A stretch of 64,000 nucleotides of DNA from an uncultured Gammaproteobacteria bacterium (GTDB lineage: Bacteria > Pseudomonadota > Gammaproteobacteria > Steroidobacterales > Steroidobacteraceae): contig CAVZRR010000009.1 of assembly GCA_963777725.1 (NCBI GenBank), positions 13,050-77,049 on the forward strand. Reading direction: 5' to 3'. Position 1 is the stretch's first letter. Each line of letters opens with the position of its first letter. The notes under the pieces were generated by a model that was not told the DNA's origin, did no database searches, and saw only the letters and a list, made by a program, of their open reading frames with translations. Made by a program: the position numbers and the translations under genes. This document shows positions 35,395 through 45,300 of this stretch, piece after piece.

Positions 35395-35536
35395 GCATCG
35401 ATCCGTGAAGGGCTACGTGGCGCCGATGTTACAACGGCGCCGCCGGTCGGCTGCGCCCGACAGGGAATCACACGATTGTTCACCTGTGCCACGTGGCTTA
35501 GCATGGGCCTGCACCGCTGCCGAAGGAGGAATTCCC

Positions 35537-35842
35537 ATGACCGACCATGTCACCACCCAGACCCTCAAGGACGACCTGTCGACCGTATTGCGGGATGCGG
35601 AGGCGCTGATCAAGGCGTCGGCCGAGCACGGCGGTGAGAAGACCGCCGAGGCCCGGGCGAAGATCCGCGAATCGCTCGATGCCGCCAAGCGGCGGCTGAT
35701 GGAAGCCGAGCGGGCTGCGGTCCGTCACGGGGAAGACGCCGTGCATGCGACCGAGGATTACGCGCGACGCAACCCCTGGCAGGCCATGGGCATTGCCGCG
35801 GGCGTGGGCCTCGTGCTGGGCGTGCTGCTGGCCCGGCGCTGA
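35537..35842 (+). CDS. ElaB/YqjD/DUF883-family membrane-anchored protein
   Basis: AGGAGGA upstream of the ATG. ...ATEDYARRNPWQAMGIAAGVGLVLGVLLARR is the typical C-terminal anchor. Confidence 0.85.
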   Translation: MTDHVTTQTLKDDLSTVLRDAEALIKASAEHGGEKTAEARAKIRESLDAAKRRLMEAERAAVRHGEDAVHATEDYARRNPWQAMGIAAGVGLVLGVLLARR

Positions 35843-35849
35843 GCCGCCA

Positions 35850-36248
35850 ATGAGCCTCGACACTCCGGCGCCCGGCCCGGCGGGCAACCTGCTGCGCTCC
35901 CTGGTTCGGCTGGGCGGCAGCGTGCTCGCGGCGGCCGAGACCCGCTTCGACCTGCTCGCGACCGAGCTGAACGAGGACGCCACGCGCGGCGTGCGCCTGC
36001 TGGCTTTCGCGCTCGCCGCGCTGTTCACCGGCTTGTTGGGCGCGTTGATGGCTGGGGCGACTGTCGTCATCGTGTTCTGGGACACGCACCGGGTCGCGGC
36101 GGCCCTGGCCGTCACGGCGATCTTCTTCGGCGCAGCGATCTTCTGCGCGCTGGTGGTCCGTCAGCGGCTGCGCCAGAAACCGCGCTTGCTGGACGCGACG
36201 CGCAGCGAGCTGAAGAAGGACTTGGCGGCGATCCGCTCGCACCAATGA
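35850..36248 (+). CDS. YqjE-like (DUF1469 / 'phage holin family') membrane protein
   Basis: RFDLLATELNEDATRG, then two TM helices. Second gene of the yqjD-yqjE-yqjK-type operon. Confidence 0.75.
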   Translation: MSLDTPAPGPAGNLLRSLVRLGGSVLAAAETRFDLLATELNEDATRGVRLLAFALAALFTGLLGALMAGATVVIVFWDTHRVAAALAVTAIFFGAAIFCALVVRQRLRQKPRLLDATRSELKKDLAAIRSHQ

Positions 36249-36523
36249 GCACTCGCGTCGAACGACTGGCCGTCCGTCGCCGCCTGCTGCAGGCGGAGTG
36301 CGCCGTGCAGCGGGGTGAGATCGGCGGCATCCAGTCGGACCTCGAAGCGGGCGCGGCACGGGCGGATCACGTCATCTCAGTCGCGCGGCGGCTTACGCCG
36401 TTGCTGCTGGTGGCCGGCGTGGCGACGGCCGTGCTGATCGGCCCGGCTCGCCTGCTGGGCGTGGCGCGCCAGGGCCTGGCCCTCGGCCTGGTCGCCAGCC
36501 GCGCCACACGCCTGTTGCGCTGA
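36245..36523 (+). CDS. YqjK-like protein
   Basis: Start overlaps the previous stop. RRRLLQAECAVQRGEI motif and a C-terminal TM helix. Confidence 0.65.
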   Translation: MSTRVERLAVRRRLLQAECAVQRGEIGGIQSDLEAGAARADHVISVARRLTPLLLVAGVATAVLIGPARLLGVARQGLALGLVASRATRLLR

Positions 36524-36532
36524 AACGGCGCG

Positions 36533-37663
36533 TCAGTCGGAGAGCAGCTTGCCGCTGCGGACGGCCTCACGCCCCGCGATCTTCGCGACACGGCGGCCTG
36601 CGGTCGCGAAACGCTGGCTCTCGCGAGCGTAGAGCACGCCGTCCGCCGGACTCTCGAGCCGGGTGACGCTTCCGGAGAGCGGATCGACGAGATCGGCAAT
36701 GTGCTCGCCGCGGCGCACGGTGTCGCCGGGCTCGCGCAGGAACACGACCACTCCGCCGTGCGGCGTCTCCACTGGAATTGAGCCCGCGAGCGGTGTCGGT
36801 TCGCGCTTGAGCGCAGGCAGCGACGTCGGCGTTCGGGCCACGAACCCCCGCACGGCGAGATACTCGATCAGCGCGTCGGCATCGGCGGCCGCGAGTGCGT
36901 GGCTCACGTCCGTCTCGCCGCGGAACTCGACTGTGACTGCCACGCAGGCTGCGGGCAGCGGGACCGGCTTGCCGAGACGCTCGGACAGCAACGCGGCCAG
37001 CCTCGACCAGAGCGTCGAGCAGGCTTCGTCGAACGGGTCGTCGCCCGACTGGTCCGCCAGCAGCGAGACCTCGGCGCCGAGCAGCCGTGCCAGCGGCTCG
37101 ACCGCCGGCCACAGCTCGGTGGCCGTGTAGAGGTGCAGCACCGCCTCGTTGTCGCAGTGCAGGTCCAGCACGACGTCGGCGTCGATCGCCAGGCCGAGCA
37201 GCGCGCGACGCAGGCTCTGCAGTTCGGTCGCGGCCGGCAACTCGTCGCAGGCGACGCGCAAAGCCTTCCGCACCAGTGTCACGTTGGCGTCGACGTCCCC
37301 GACCAGTTGCGACGCCACGAGCGCGCAGACCCGGGGCGCCACGTCCGCATAGTGGCGATTGAAATTCTCGCCGCTCGCGAGGTCGAAGCGGCCCTGGTGC
37401 AACTGCAGCAGCCGCTGCGAGAGTCCGATCGGATTCGCAACCGGTACGAGCACGACCTCGCCACGCAACAGGCCGCGCTCTTCCAGTTCGACGAGCCGGC
37501 TGCGCAGGTGGTGGGCCACGAGCAGCGCCGGCACTTCGTCGGCGTGCAGCGACGCCTGGATCGTCGCTTTGGGGCGCGCCCCGGGCGTCCCGAAGTGCAG
37601 GCTGTGCAGCTCGCGGGCTGTGCCGGGCGCGGGCGAAGTCAGTCGATGGCGATGCAGGATCAT
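36533..37663 (-). CDS. Succinylglutamate desuccinylase/aspartoacylase (AstE/AspA, M14-like) family protein
   Basis: IQASLHADEVPA, VVLVPVANP, VVLDLHCD. Confidence 0.75.
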   Translation of the reverse strand: MILHRHRLTSPAPGTARELHSLHFGTPGARPKATIQASLHADEVPALLVAHHLRSRLVELEERGLLRGEVVLVPVANPIGLSQRLLQLHQGRFDLASGENFNRHYADVAPRVCALVASQLVGDVDANVTLVRKALRVACDELPAATELQSLRRALLGLAIDADVVLDLHCDNEAVLHLYTATELWPAVEPLARLLGAEVSLLADQSGDDPFDEACSTLWSRLAALLSERLGKPVPLPAACVAVTVEFRGETDVSHALAAADADALIEYLAVRGFVARTPTSLPALKREPTPLAGSIPVETPHGGVVVFLREPGDTVRRGEHIADLVDPLSGSVTRLESPADGVLYARESQRFATAGRRVAKIAGREAVRSGKLLSD

Positions 37664-37758
37664 GATGCTCCCTGGCGGGCTGCCGCGGATCCCGCGATGA
37701 TGCCAGACCTTGCCGCGACGCCTTTCACTGTCCCCCACCCCTGGTCCATGATCGCGCC

Positions 37759-39642
37759 ATGACACGAGCCGAGGGCGTCGCCGAGTTCACGCTGAAAGCG
37801 ATCGTCGTCGGCGTGGTGCTCGGCATCGTCTTCGGCGCGGCGAACGCCTACCTGGGCCTGCGCGTCGGCATGACCGTCTCGGCCTCGATCCCGGCGGCGG
37901 TGATGACGGTGGCGGCCTTCCGGCTGCTGCGCGCGCGCGGCACCATTCTCGAAGCGAACATGTCGCAGACGGTGGCCTCCGCCTCGACGTCGCTCGCGAC
38001 CGGCACCATCTTCACGATTCCCGCGCTGTTCTTGTGGGGCGTGGTGCCGCCCTACCTGCAGGTCGTCGCGCTCGCTTTCCTCGGCGCGCTGCTCGGCATC
38101 GCGGCGATGGTGCCACTGCGGCGCTTACTGATCGTGAAGGCGCACGACGAACTCCCCTACCCCGAGGGCACGGCCTGCGCCGAAGTGCTGCGCGCCACCG
38201 TCGAGGAATCCGGCCGCGCCGCGACCGGCAGCGCCTGGATCTTCCGCGGCATGGCGGTGGGCGCAGCGGTCAAGATCCTGATCTCGCTCGTGTACCTGAT
38301 CCCGGGCGAATTGAGTGCAGCGGTCCCGGTGCTACCGAAGGCCGAGCTCGCGCTCGAGGTGGCGCCGGCCCTGCTCGGCGTCGGGTACATCCTCGGCTAC
38401 CGGCAGGCCGCCGTCTGCGTCGCGGGCGCGATCATTTCCGCGCTGGCGATCACGCCGCTGATCGCGTGGCTGGGCGCATCGCTGACGGCACCGTTGTACC
38501 CCGAGACGGTGCGCCTCGTCTCGGAGATGAGCGCAGGCGACATCTGGTCGCGTTACGTGCGTTACATCGGCGCCGGTGCCGTGGCCACCGCAGGCATCCT
38601 GACCGTGGTTCGCGGCCTGCCGACGATGGCCGGCGCGTTCGTGGCGGTCGCCCGCGGACTGCAGGACGACGGCAGTCGCGGTGGAGGACCGGTCGAACGC
38701 ACCGATCGTGACCTGCCTGCCGCGTTCGTGTTCGGCGGCGTCGCGACCGTCGTGCTGGTCGCCGGCCTCGTGCCCGGGGTCTTCGCGGGTGACATGAGCG
38801 CCCTGCAGCGTGGCGTGCTCGCAGCGGGCGTCGGTCTGTTCGGCGTGCTGTTCGTCACGGTGGCCGCACGCATCGTCGGCATCGTCGGGGTGTCCTCGCA
38901 GCCCACGTCCGGGATCGCTCTGGTGACGCTGCTCGGCACCGCCTCGATCTTCGCTGCCGCCGGGTGGGTGGACACGAGCGCGCGCGCCGGCGTGCTGACC
39001 GTGGGCACGATCGTCGCGGTCGCAGCCAGCAAGGCCGGCGACATCTCGCAGGACCTCAAGACCGGCTGGCTGGTGGGCGCAACGCCGGCACGCCAGCAGG
39101 TCGGGCAGTTGATCGGTGCCGCGTTCGCCTGCTGGGCCGTCGCCGCGACGGTGATGCTGCTCGGCAATGCGTATGAATTCGGCTCGCGCGAGATTCCGGC
39201 GCCGCAGGCGACGTTGATGAAGACCATCATCGAGGGCGTGCTGGCCGGCGCGCTGCCCTGGGACCTGGTGCTCACGGGCGCGGGCCTTTCGATCGGGGCC
39301 ATGCTGTGCGGCGTCTCGGGCCTCGCGTTCGCGATCGGCGTCTACCTGCCGCTCGCAACGATGGCGCCGCTCTACGTCGGTGGTTGCGTGCGCGCGCTCG
39401 TGGAGCGCAATCGTAGACCGCGCGCCGAGGGCGAAGGCGATCCCGGCATCCTCGCAGCCTCCGGGCTGGTGGCTGGTGAAGGACTGGCGGGCGTCGCCGT
39501 GGCGGGCCTCGTTGCCGCCGGCCTGGCGCCGAAGGCGATGGAGCCGCGGCTCGGCGGACTGACGGGCGAACTCGTGGCGTTGGTGGTCGCGATCGCGGTC
39601 TGCGCGTTCCTGCTGCGCGGCGGACGCAGCAACGCGCGCTAG
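37759..39642 (+). CDS. OPT-family oligopeptide transporter
   Basis: FTLKAIVVGVVLGIVFGAANAYLGLRVGMTVSASIPAAV and LPYPEGTACAEVL. Confidence 0.85.
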   Translation: MTRAEGVAEFTLKAIVVGVVLGIVFGAANAYLGLRVGMTVSASIPAAVMTVAAFRLLRARGTILEANMSQTVASASTSLATGTIFTIPALFLWGVVPPYLQVVALAFLGALLGIAAMVPLRRLLIVKAHDELPYPEGTACAEVLRATVEESGRAATGSAWIFRGMAVGAAVKILISLVYLIPGELSAAVPVLPKAELALEVAPALLGVGYILGYRQAAVCVAGAIISALAITPLIAWLGASLTAPLYPETVRLVSEMSAGDIWSRYVRYIGAGAVATAGILTVVRGLPTMAGAFVAVARGLQDDGSRGGGPVERTDRDLPAAFVFGGVATVVLVAGLVPGVFAGDMSALQRGVLAAGVGLFGVLFVTVAARIVGIVGVSSQPTSGIALVTLLGTASIFAAAGWVDTSARAGVLTVGTIVAVAASKAGDISQDLKTGWLVGATPARQQVGQLIGAAFACWAVAATVMLLGNAYEFGSREIPAPQATLMKTIIEGVLAGALPWDLVLTGAGLSIGAMLCGVSGLAFAIGVYLPLATMAPLYVGGCVRALVERNRRPRAEGEGDPGILAASGLVAGEGLAGVAVAGLVAAGLAPKAMEPRLGGLTGELVALVVAIAVCAFLLRGGRSNAR

Positions 39643-39703
39643 TTGCGCTGCCCGGAACGGAGCGGCAGTATCCTCGAGCCTCAGGCCAGACCGTGTCGCC
39701 ACC

Positions 39704-40048
39704 GTGATCAGTGCCACTGACATCGACGAAGCGCCCGCGAGCCTCAATCCAGAGGGCGCTCGCGCCTACGTGGAGGCCCGCACCCAGGGGCTCTGCCACG
39801 AGGGCGCGCTCGAGATCGCCGAGCACGTCCACCGCAGCGTGCTGAGCGACGCGGCCCGCCTCGAGACCGTCGAGTTCAAGCTCGCGCACCTCGAGCGCGC
39901 GCTGCAGGAACTGAGCGACGTGGTGTACCGCCAGCAGCAGCAACTCGATGTCGCGCTCGCGATGAACCAGCGGCTCAGGCAGCAGATCGAGGAGATCGAC
40001 GGTCGCGGCGCCGATGCCACGGCTGTCGAGATCCCGCCGCACTATTGA
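39704..40048 (+). CDS. slyX: SlyX-family protein with an N-terminal extension; start uncertain
   Basis: The C-terminal 70 aa (LETVEFKLAHLERALQELSDVVYRQQQQL...IPPHY) matches the SlyX pattern, including the terminal PPHY. An alternative GTG lies near 39839. Confidence 0.65.
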   Translation: MISATDIDEAPASLNPEGARAYVEARTQGLCHEGALEIAEHVHRSVLSDAARLETVEFKLAHLERALQELSDVVYRQQQQLDVALAMNQRLRQQIEEIDGRGADATAVEIPPHY

Positions 40049-40070
40049 GCGACCGTACCGGAGCGCACGG

Positions 40071-40448
40071 GTGATTCGCAGGGCCTGGACCGTGTACGCC
40101 GCCGTGCTCTCCGCCGCGATCGTGATCGGCGAAGTGACCAACGTCGCGGGTGGCGGGCGCGTCGATCCGCGCACGCTCGCCAACTGGGTGCTGACCGTGG
40201 TGCTGCTGGTCGCCACCTGGGGGTACGCGCTGCGCAAGCCGCTCGGTCCTCGGCACTACTGGCGGCCCGCGTTCTGGGTGCTGTCGTTCGCGACCCTGGT
40301 GACGATCGTGCCCGCGGCACTGGCCGGGCGCGCGGCGATGGTCGTGGTCGCTGCGCTGTTGCCGTTCGTGGTACCCGCGTTCGTCGCAGCCTATCGTTAT
40401 GCCTATCGCTCACCTGAGTTGTGGCCGGCCGAGGAGACTTCGCCATGA
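40071..40448 (+). CDS. Four-TM membrane protein, unknown function
   Basis: GTG at 40071 (VIRRAWTVYAAVLSAAIVIG...). Hydrophobic throughout. Confidence 0.5.
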   Translation: MIRRAWTVYAAVLSAAIVIGEVTNVAGGGRVDPRTLANWVLTVVLLVATWGYALRKPLGPRHYWRPAFWVLSFATLVTIVPAALAGRAAMVVVAALLPFVVPAFVAAYRYAYRSPELWPAEETSP

Positions 40449-40882
40449 ACCAGACGCCCGCGATGACCGCCGCCGCGATTCAGCAGGTGATCGCTGCGCA
40501 ATATCCGGGACTGCTCGGCGTCGAACTGCTCGAGGCCGGCCCCGAGCGGGTCGTCGGCCGGCTGCCGGTGCGACCGGAAATCTGCACGGTCGGCGGCATC
40601 CTGCACGGCGGTGCGGTCATGGGCTTTGCCGATACGCTCGGCGCGGTCGGCACGTTCATGAACCAGAGGCCCGGCAGCCGCACGACGACGATCGAGTCGA
40701 GCACGAAATTTCTCGCGAGCGCGCCGATGGGTTCGGTGCTCACCGGTGAATCGGTCGCGCTGCACAAGGGGCGCACGACGATGGTCTGGCAGACCACGAT
40801 TCGCCGCGAGGATGGGCGGCTGTGTGCCGTCGTCTCGCAGACGCAATTGATGATGGAGGCCAAGGCGGCGCCCGCCGAGTGA
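40445..40882 (+). CDS. PaaI-family (hotdog) thioesterase
   Basis: ATGA overlap with the previous gene. GGILHGGAVMGFADTLGAVG ... GRTTMVWQTTI. Confidence 0.8.
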   Translation: MNQTPAMTAAAIQQVIAAQYPGLLGVELLEAGPERVVGRLPVRPEICTVGGILHGGAVMGFADTLGAVGTFMNQRPGSRTTTIESSTKFLASAPMGSVLTGESVALHKGRTTMVWQTTIRREDGRLCAVVSQTQLMMEAKAAPAE

Positions 40883-41316
40883 TGGCTCGCGTCGTCGGCG
40901 CAGGACTGCTGTATTTCGCGCTGACGTTTGGCGCCGGGTTCCTGCTCGCCCCGATTCGCATCCTGGTCCTCGAGCCGAGAGTGGGAGTCCGCACTGCGGA
41001 GTTGCTCGAGATTCCGGTGATGATCGGCGTGACGTTGCTGGCGGCACGCTGGGTCACCCGCCGGCTCGCCGTGCCGCCTGCGACGGGCCCGAGGCTGGGC
41101 ATGGGCTTGCTCGCCGCCGGGCTGCTGCTGGCCGCGGAATTCACACTCGTATTGCGCTTGCGAGGCCTGACGCTCGAGGATTATTTCGCGTCTCGCGATC
41201 CCGTCTCGGGCAGCGCCTACTATGCGTCGGTGCTGCTGCTCGCGCTCTTCCCGCTGCTGGTCAATCGACCGCGTGCAGCTCCATCCCTGAACGCAAGCGT
41301 TCGCCGTCACCCGTGA
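40882..41316 (+). CDS. Membrane protein, unknown function
   Basis: TGATG overlap. MARVVGAGLLYFALTFGAGFLLAP... with four hydrophobic helices. Confidence 0.55.
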   Translation: MARVVGAGLLYFALTFGAGFLLAPIRILVLEPRVGVRTAELLEIPVMIGVTLLAARWVTRRLAVPPATGPRLGMGLLAAGLLLAAEFTLVLRLRGLTLEDYFASRDPVSGSAYYASVLLLALFPLLVNRPRAAPSLNASVRRHP

Positions 41317-42067
41317 CGACGATCAGGTTCTGGCCGAACTTCACGCCGCGCAGCGTCGCGTCCCAGCGATAGGTCTTGAGCGTCCTGAGCGGCTCGTCGC
41401 CTTCGACGGCGCCGGTCACCTGGTTCGTCGTGGTAATGCTGCAGCGCGTGCAGGGCTTGACCCGGCGCAAGCGGACGCCACCTACGGTCAGGTCGCCGAG
41501 CGCGTCCTCGCCGTACGGCGGCAGGCCGTCGAGCACGAGGTTGGGTCGGAAGCGGTTCATCGGCAATGGAGCCGCCAGCCGCGCATTCAGGTCCGCGAGA
41601 GACGCGAGCGAGATCGCGAGCAGCGCGAACCCATCCGAGAAGCGGCTGACTGCGTCGACTCCGCCCGTCCACGCCGCATCGCTCGGCCGCCGGTGGGTCG
41701 GGTCGAATCGCACCAGGCGGAGCGGCCGGCCGAGGAAGTCGCTGAGCCAGCGCGCCGCAACCGCGCCTTGGTCGTGCGCCTGGCAGCGGTCCCGCCAGAC
41801 TGTGACCTGCACGGGATCGCCGCGGAAATCAAACGGTACCGCGATGTCCGGTGCGCCCGGCGCAGTCAGGTGTAGAGCCCGGTCGTCGAGCTTGGTCGAA
41901 ATCAACGCGAGACGCGGTTGCTCGCGCTGCGTGAGGAAACGGCCTTCCGGGGTGACGATCATCCACTCGCGGTCGTGCTCGAGGCCCGCCTCGGTGAGAC
42001 GCGCGGTGTCGAGGTCCACACCTCGGCAGGACTTGATCGGATAGACGTGCAGGCTGGTGAGGATCAA
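41261..42067 (-). CDS. MOSC domain protein (YcbX-like)
   Basis: LTSLHVYPIKSCRG N-terminal barrel motif and C-terminal KPCTRCSITT. TTG start overlaps the upstream stop (TTGA). Confidence 0.8.
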   Translation of the reverse strand: MILTSLHVYPIKSCRGVDLDTARLTEAGLEHDREWMIVTPEGRFLTQREQPRLALISTKLDDRALHLTAPGAPDIAVPFDFRGDPVQVTVWRDRCQAHDQGAVAARWLSDFLGRPLRLVRFDPTHRRPSDAAWTGGVDAVSRFSDGFALLAISLASLADLNARLAAPLPMNRFRPNLVLDGLPPYGEDALGDLTVGGVRLRRVKPCTRCSITTTNQVTGAVEGDEPLRTLKTYRWDATLRGVKFGQNLIVVTGDGERLRSGMELHAVD

Positions 42068-44385
42068 AGCGCCAGCGGCTGGGGCCGCCCGACCTGGTAC
42101 CCCTGCACGTAGTCGACACCCATCCGGCGCGCGGACTCGAGCGCGCCCATGTCCTCGACGTGCTCGGCGATGACGCGGAAGTTGAGCGAGCGCGCGAGCT
42201 TGATCATCGCCGTGACCATGGCCTGGTTGACGGCGTCCGACGCGAGGTTGCGGATGAAGTAGCCGTCGATCTTCAGGTAGTCGAGCGACAGGTTCTTCAG
42301 GTTCGCGAACGAGCTCAGGCCGCGCCCGAAGTCGTCGAGCGCGAACTGGCAGCCCATGCCGTGCAGCACGCCGATGAAGCGGCGCGCGTGCTCGATGTTG
42401 GTGATCACCGAGTTTTCGGTGACCTCGAAGCAGACCCGTTCCGGCGCCACGCTCGACCGGTCGAGGCAGTCGACCACGAACTCGAGGAACGCCGCGTCGC
42501 CGAGTGTCTGGCCGGAGAGGTTGATGCACAGGCTGCGGCCGGGTGCGACCTTGACCGCGCCACGGCCCAGCGCCGCGAGCGCCGTCTGCACGACCCAGCG
42601 ATCGACGTGCGGCATCAAACGGTACCGCTCCGCCGCCCGCATGAATTCACCCGGGCCGACCATGGCGCCGTTCTCGTCGCGCATCCGCAGCAGGACTTCG
42701 AGGCCCGGTCCGCTGGTCTGCTCCGGGTCGACCGCGAGGATCGGCTGCGAATACAGCTCGAACCGGCCGTCCTTGAGCGCCGACTGCAGCTGCTGCAGCC
42801 AGTGGATCTCGCCGCGGCTGCGCGCCACCGCCTCGTCGCGGGCCGAGTAGACGTGGACGTGCCCGCCCTGCTGCTTCGCGACGTAGCAGGCCGAATCCGC
42901 CGCGCTGATCAGGTCCTCGAGCGTGCCACTCTCGCGCGAGACCTCGACCAGGCCGATGCTGACGCCGATGTTGAAGATCTTGTCCTTCCAGACGAAGCGG
43001 TAGTCGGCCACGGCGCGCACCACGTCGTCGGCGATCTGCCGTGCTTTCTCGAGCGGACAGCCCGCGAGCAGGATGCCGAACTCATCGCCGCCGAGGCGGC
43101 CGACCGTGTCGGAGTCGCGGACCGCATCCTTGATCAGCGCGGCGACCTCACGCAGCATGTTGTCGCCCGCGGTGTGGCCGCACTCGTCGTTGACCGCCTT
43201 GAAGCGGTCGAGATCGAGGTAGCAGAGGACGTGCCGGTGCCCACCATCGTGCGCGGACTCGAGCGCTTCCTGCAGGCGCCGCTCGAATTCCCGGCGGTTG
43301 ACGAGGCCCGTCAACGCATCGTGGCTCGCCTGGTAGGTCATCTGGCGCGTGAGGCCACGCAGGTCGCTCACGTCGCGCAGGCCGATCACCGTCCCCGAGA
43401 GCTCGCCCGACGCGTCCCGCAGCGGCGAGACCGTGAGCTCGATCGAGCGTTCACCCTCGCCGTCGCCGGACACCACCATGCCGCGCCGGCCGAGGTGCAC
43501 CCGGCCGCCGGTCGTGAGGCACTGCCGAACCGGATCGCCGAGCGTCTTGCGCTCGCTCTCGTCCATCAGGTCGATGACCTCGAGCAGCGTCTTGCCGAGC
43601 GCATCCGCCGCGGGCTTGCCGAGCAGCGTCTCGCCGGCCTTGTTGACGTAGACGATGTGGCCCGAGACGTCCGTCGTGATGACGCCTTCGCCCAGCGCGT
43701 CGAGTGCCTCCCAGGCCGCGCCGTGGACGCGCGCCGCATCGCGCGTCGCGCTCATCTCGACCGCCGACACCAGCAGCGCCGGCTGGCCCTCGTAGGAGAT
43801 CCTGGAGAACGTGAACTCGAGTCGCACCGGGTGGCCGTCCGTCGCCCGCAACTCCACTTCCAGGCGCTCGGGCGCCGGCGTCCCGGCCAGGTGACGATTC
43901 AGGTGCTCGGCCAGCAGGTCGGAAAAATCGGGATGCACCAGCTCCGGCAGCGACCGGCCGACGAGTTGCACGGGCGATGCGACGCCGCAGAGCTCGGCGA
44001 ACCGGGCGTTCGCGATCTGGATGCCGTTGCGCTCGACGGCCACGGCCTCGTGCATCGCTTCGGTGAGACGGCGGTAGACGACCTCGCGCTCGGCGCGGAT
44101 CGTCTTGTCCTGCTGCAGGCGCGCGATCATCCGGTCGGCGCTCTCGGCCAGCTCGCCTGCGCTGCCCTCGGCGGCATGGGGTCCGAGCCGCTCGGCGAGG
44201 TCGCCGGTCTGGGCCACGGCGGCAAACCGTTCGCCGATCTCGCGGACGCTGCGGACTTCGCGCGTGCGACGGACCAGCATCACTGCGAGGCCCACGGCCA
44301 GCAATCCGACGACAACCAGGGCGGCGATCAGCATGTCATTGTCCGGACTGGCCATGTCCCCGGGGCACTCGGCACCCGCCGGCAC
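42064..44385 (-). CDS. TM + PAS/PAS + GGDEF + EAL c-di-GMP turnover protein
   Basis: GGDEF (RLGGDEFGILL) and EAL (QPILAV..., EVLLRM, ELYSQP context, EVTENS, DDFGRGLSSF, KIDGYF). The start is uncertain (44385 GTG, 44355 ATG or 44334 ATG). Confidence 0.85.
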   Translation of the reverse strand: MPAGAECPGDMASPDNDMLIAALVVVGLLAVGLAVMLVRRTREVRSVREIGERFAAVAQTGDLAERLGPHAAEGSAGELAESADRMIARLQQDKTIRAEREVVYRRLTEAMHEAVAVERNGIQIANARFAELCGVASPVQLVGRSLPELVHPDFSDLLAEHLNRHLAGTPAPERLEVELRATDGHPVRLEFTFSRISYEGQPALLVSAVEMSATRDAARVHGAAWEALDALGEGVITTDVSGHIVYVNKAGETLLGKPAADALGKTLLEVIDLMDESERKTLGDPVRQCLTTGGRVHLGRRGMVVSGDGEGERSIELTVSPLRDASGELSGTVIGLRDVSDLRGLTRQMTYQASHDALTGLVNRREFERRLQEALESAHDGGHRHVLCYLDLDRFKAVNDECGHTAGDNMLREVAALIKDAVRDSDTVGRLGGDEFGILLAGCPLEKARQIADDVVRAVADYRFVWKDKIFNIGVSIGLVEVSRESGTLEDLISAADSACYVAKQQGGHVHVYSARDEAVARSRGEIHWLQQLQSALKDGRFELYSQPILAVDPEQTSGPGLEVLLRMRDENGAMVGPGEFMRAAERYRLMPHVDRWVVQTALAALGRGAVKVAPGRSLCINLSGQTLGDAAFLEFVVDCLDRSSVAPERVCFEVTENSVITNIEHARRFIGVLHGMGCQFALDDFGRGLSSFANLKNLSLDYLKIDGYFIRNLASDAVNQAMVTAMIKLARSLNFRVIAEHVEDMGALESARRMGVDYVQGYQVGRPQPLAL

Positions 44386-44541
44386 CCGTTCCCCTCTGAA
44401 TTTGTTGTTCTAATCAAGCGTGAACGCAGCATAACGGAACCGCTCGCCGTCACCTTCCAGATTCACCATAATCACCCGGCTGTTTCAGCTTGTCGCTCGA
44501 TGACGAAGTCCTTAACCTTTGCACCGGAATCTGCAACCCCC

Positions 44542-45195
44542 ATGATCGACGTCAATTCCGCTCGCCGCCAGATGATCGAGCAGCAGGTCCGCGCGTGGGA
44601 CGTGCTCGATCTCGCCGTGCTCGAAGCGATGACGCGCGTGCCGCGCGAAGAGTTCGCGCCCGCGCCGTATCGAAACCTCGCCTTCGCCGACATGAACGTG
44701 CCGCTCGGGCACGGGCAGCACATGCTTTCGCCGAAGCTCGAGGGCCGGATCCTGCAGGCCCTCGAGATCCAGCCCGGCGACCGAGTCCTCGAGATCGGCA
44801 CCGGCAGCGGGTATTTCGCCGCGTGCCTCGGCGCGCTCGCCCAGACGGTGCACTCGGTCGAGATCCACGCCGATCTCGCCGCTGCGGCACGCACCAGCCT
44901 GCTGCGCACGCGCGCGCTGAACGTCACGGTGGAAACGGCGGACGCGTTCACGCGCACCGATGCCGATGTCTACGACGTCATCGCGCTGACGGGCGCGCTG
45001 CCCGTCTACGATCCCCGGTTCGAGCGGATGCTGGCCGAGGGCGGACGGCTGTTCGTCGTCGTCGGTGAGCGCCCCGTCATGGAGGCCCGGCGGATCACGC
45101 GCACCGGCCCCGACGACTGGTTGCGGGAAGGCCTGTTCGAGACGTCGATCGAGCCGTTGCTCCATGCCGCGGAACCGCCGCGGTTCGTGTTCTGA
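44542..45195 (+). CDS. Protein-L-isoaspartate O-methyltransferase-family protein
   Basis: Terminal part of track ORF 42160..45195. VLEIGTGSGYFAACLG SAM motif. Confidence 0.75.
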   Translation: MIDVNSARRQMIEQQVRAWDVLDLAVLEAMTRVPREEFAPAPYRNLAFADMNVPLGHGQHMLSPKLEGRILQALEIQPGDRVLEIGTGSGYFAACLGALAQTVHSVEIHADLAAAARTSLLRTRALNVTVETADAFTRTDADVYDVIALTGALPVYDPRFERMLAEGGRLFVVVGERPVMEARRITRTGPDDWLREGLFETSIEPLLHAAEPPRFVF

Positions 45196-45300
45196 CGCGG
45201 ATCCGTCCAGCGGGGGACTAGCCAGTACCGCGCCAAGTGATATAGTCTAGTACAACACCAGTTGACCTCAGGGGCGACCGCGTCGCCATAGGGTAAGTGC

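Noticed and set aside
35850-36248. 'Phage holin family' protein as prophage evidence
   Set aside because: It is the middle gene of a yqjD/yqjE/yqjK-type stress operon (DUF883, DUF1469, YqjK). No lysis, capsid or integrase genes are nearby.
42160-44541. N-terminal 794 aa of the 1011-aa plus-strand ORF 42160..45195
   Set aside because: It is antisense to the PAS-GGDEF-EAL gene. Only the last 217 aa (from the ATG at 44542) look like a real protein, a methyltransferase fold with the GTGSGY motif.
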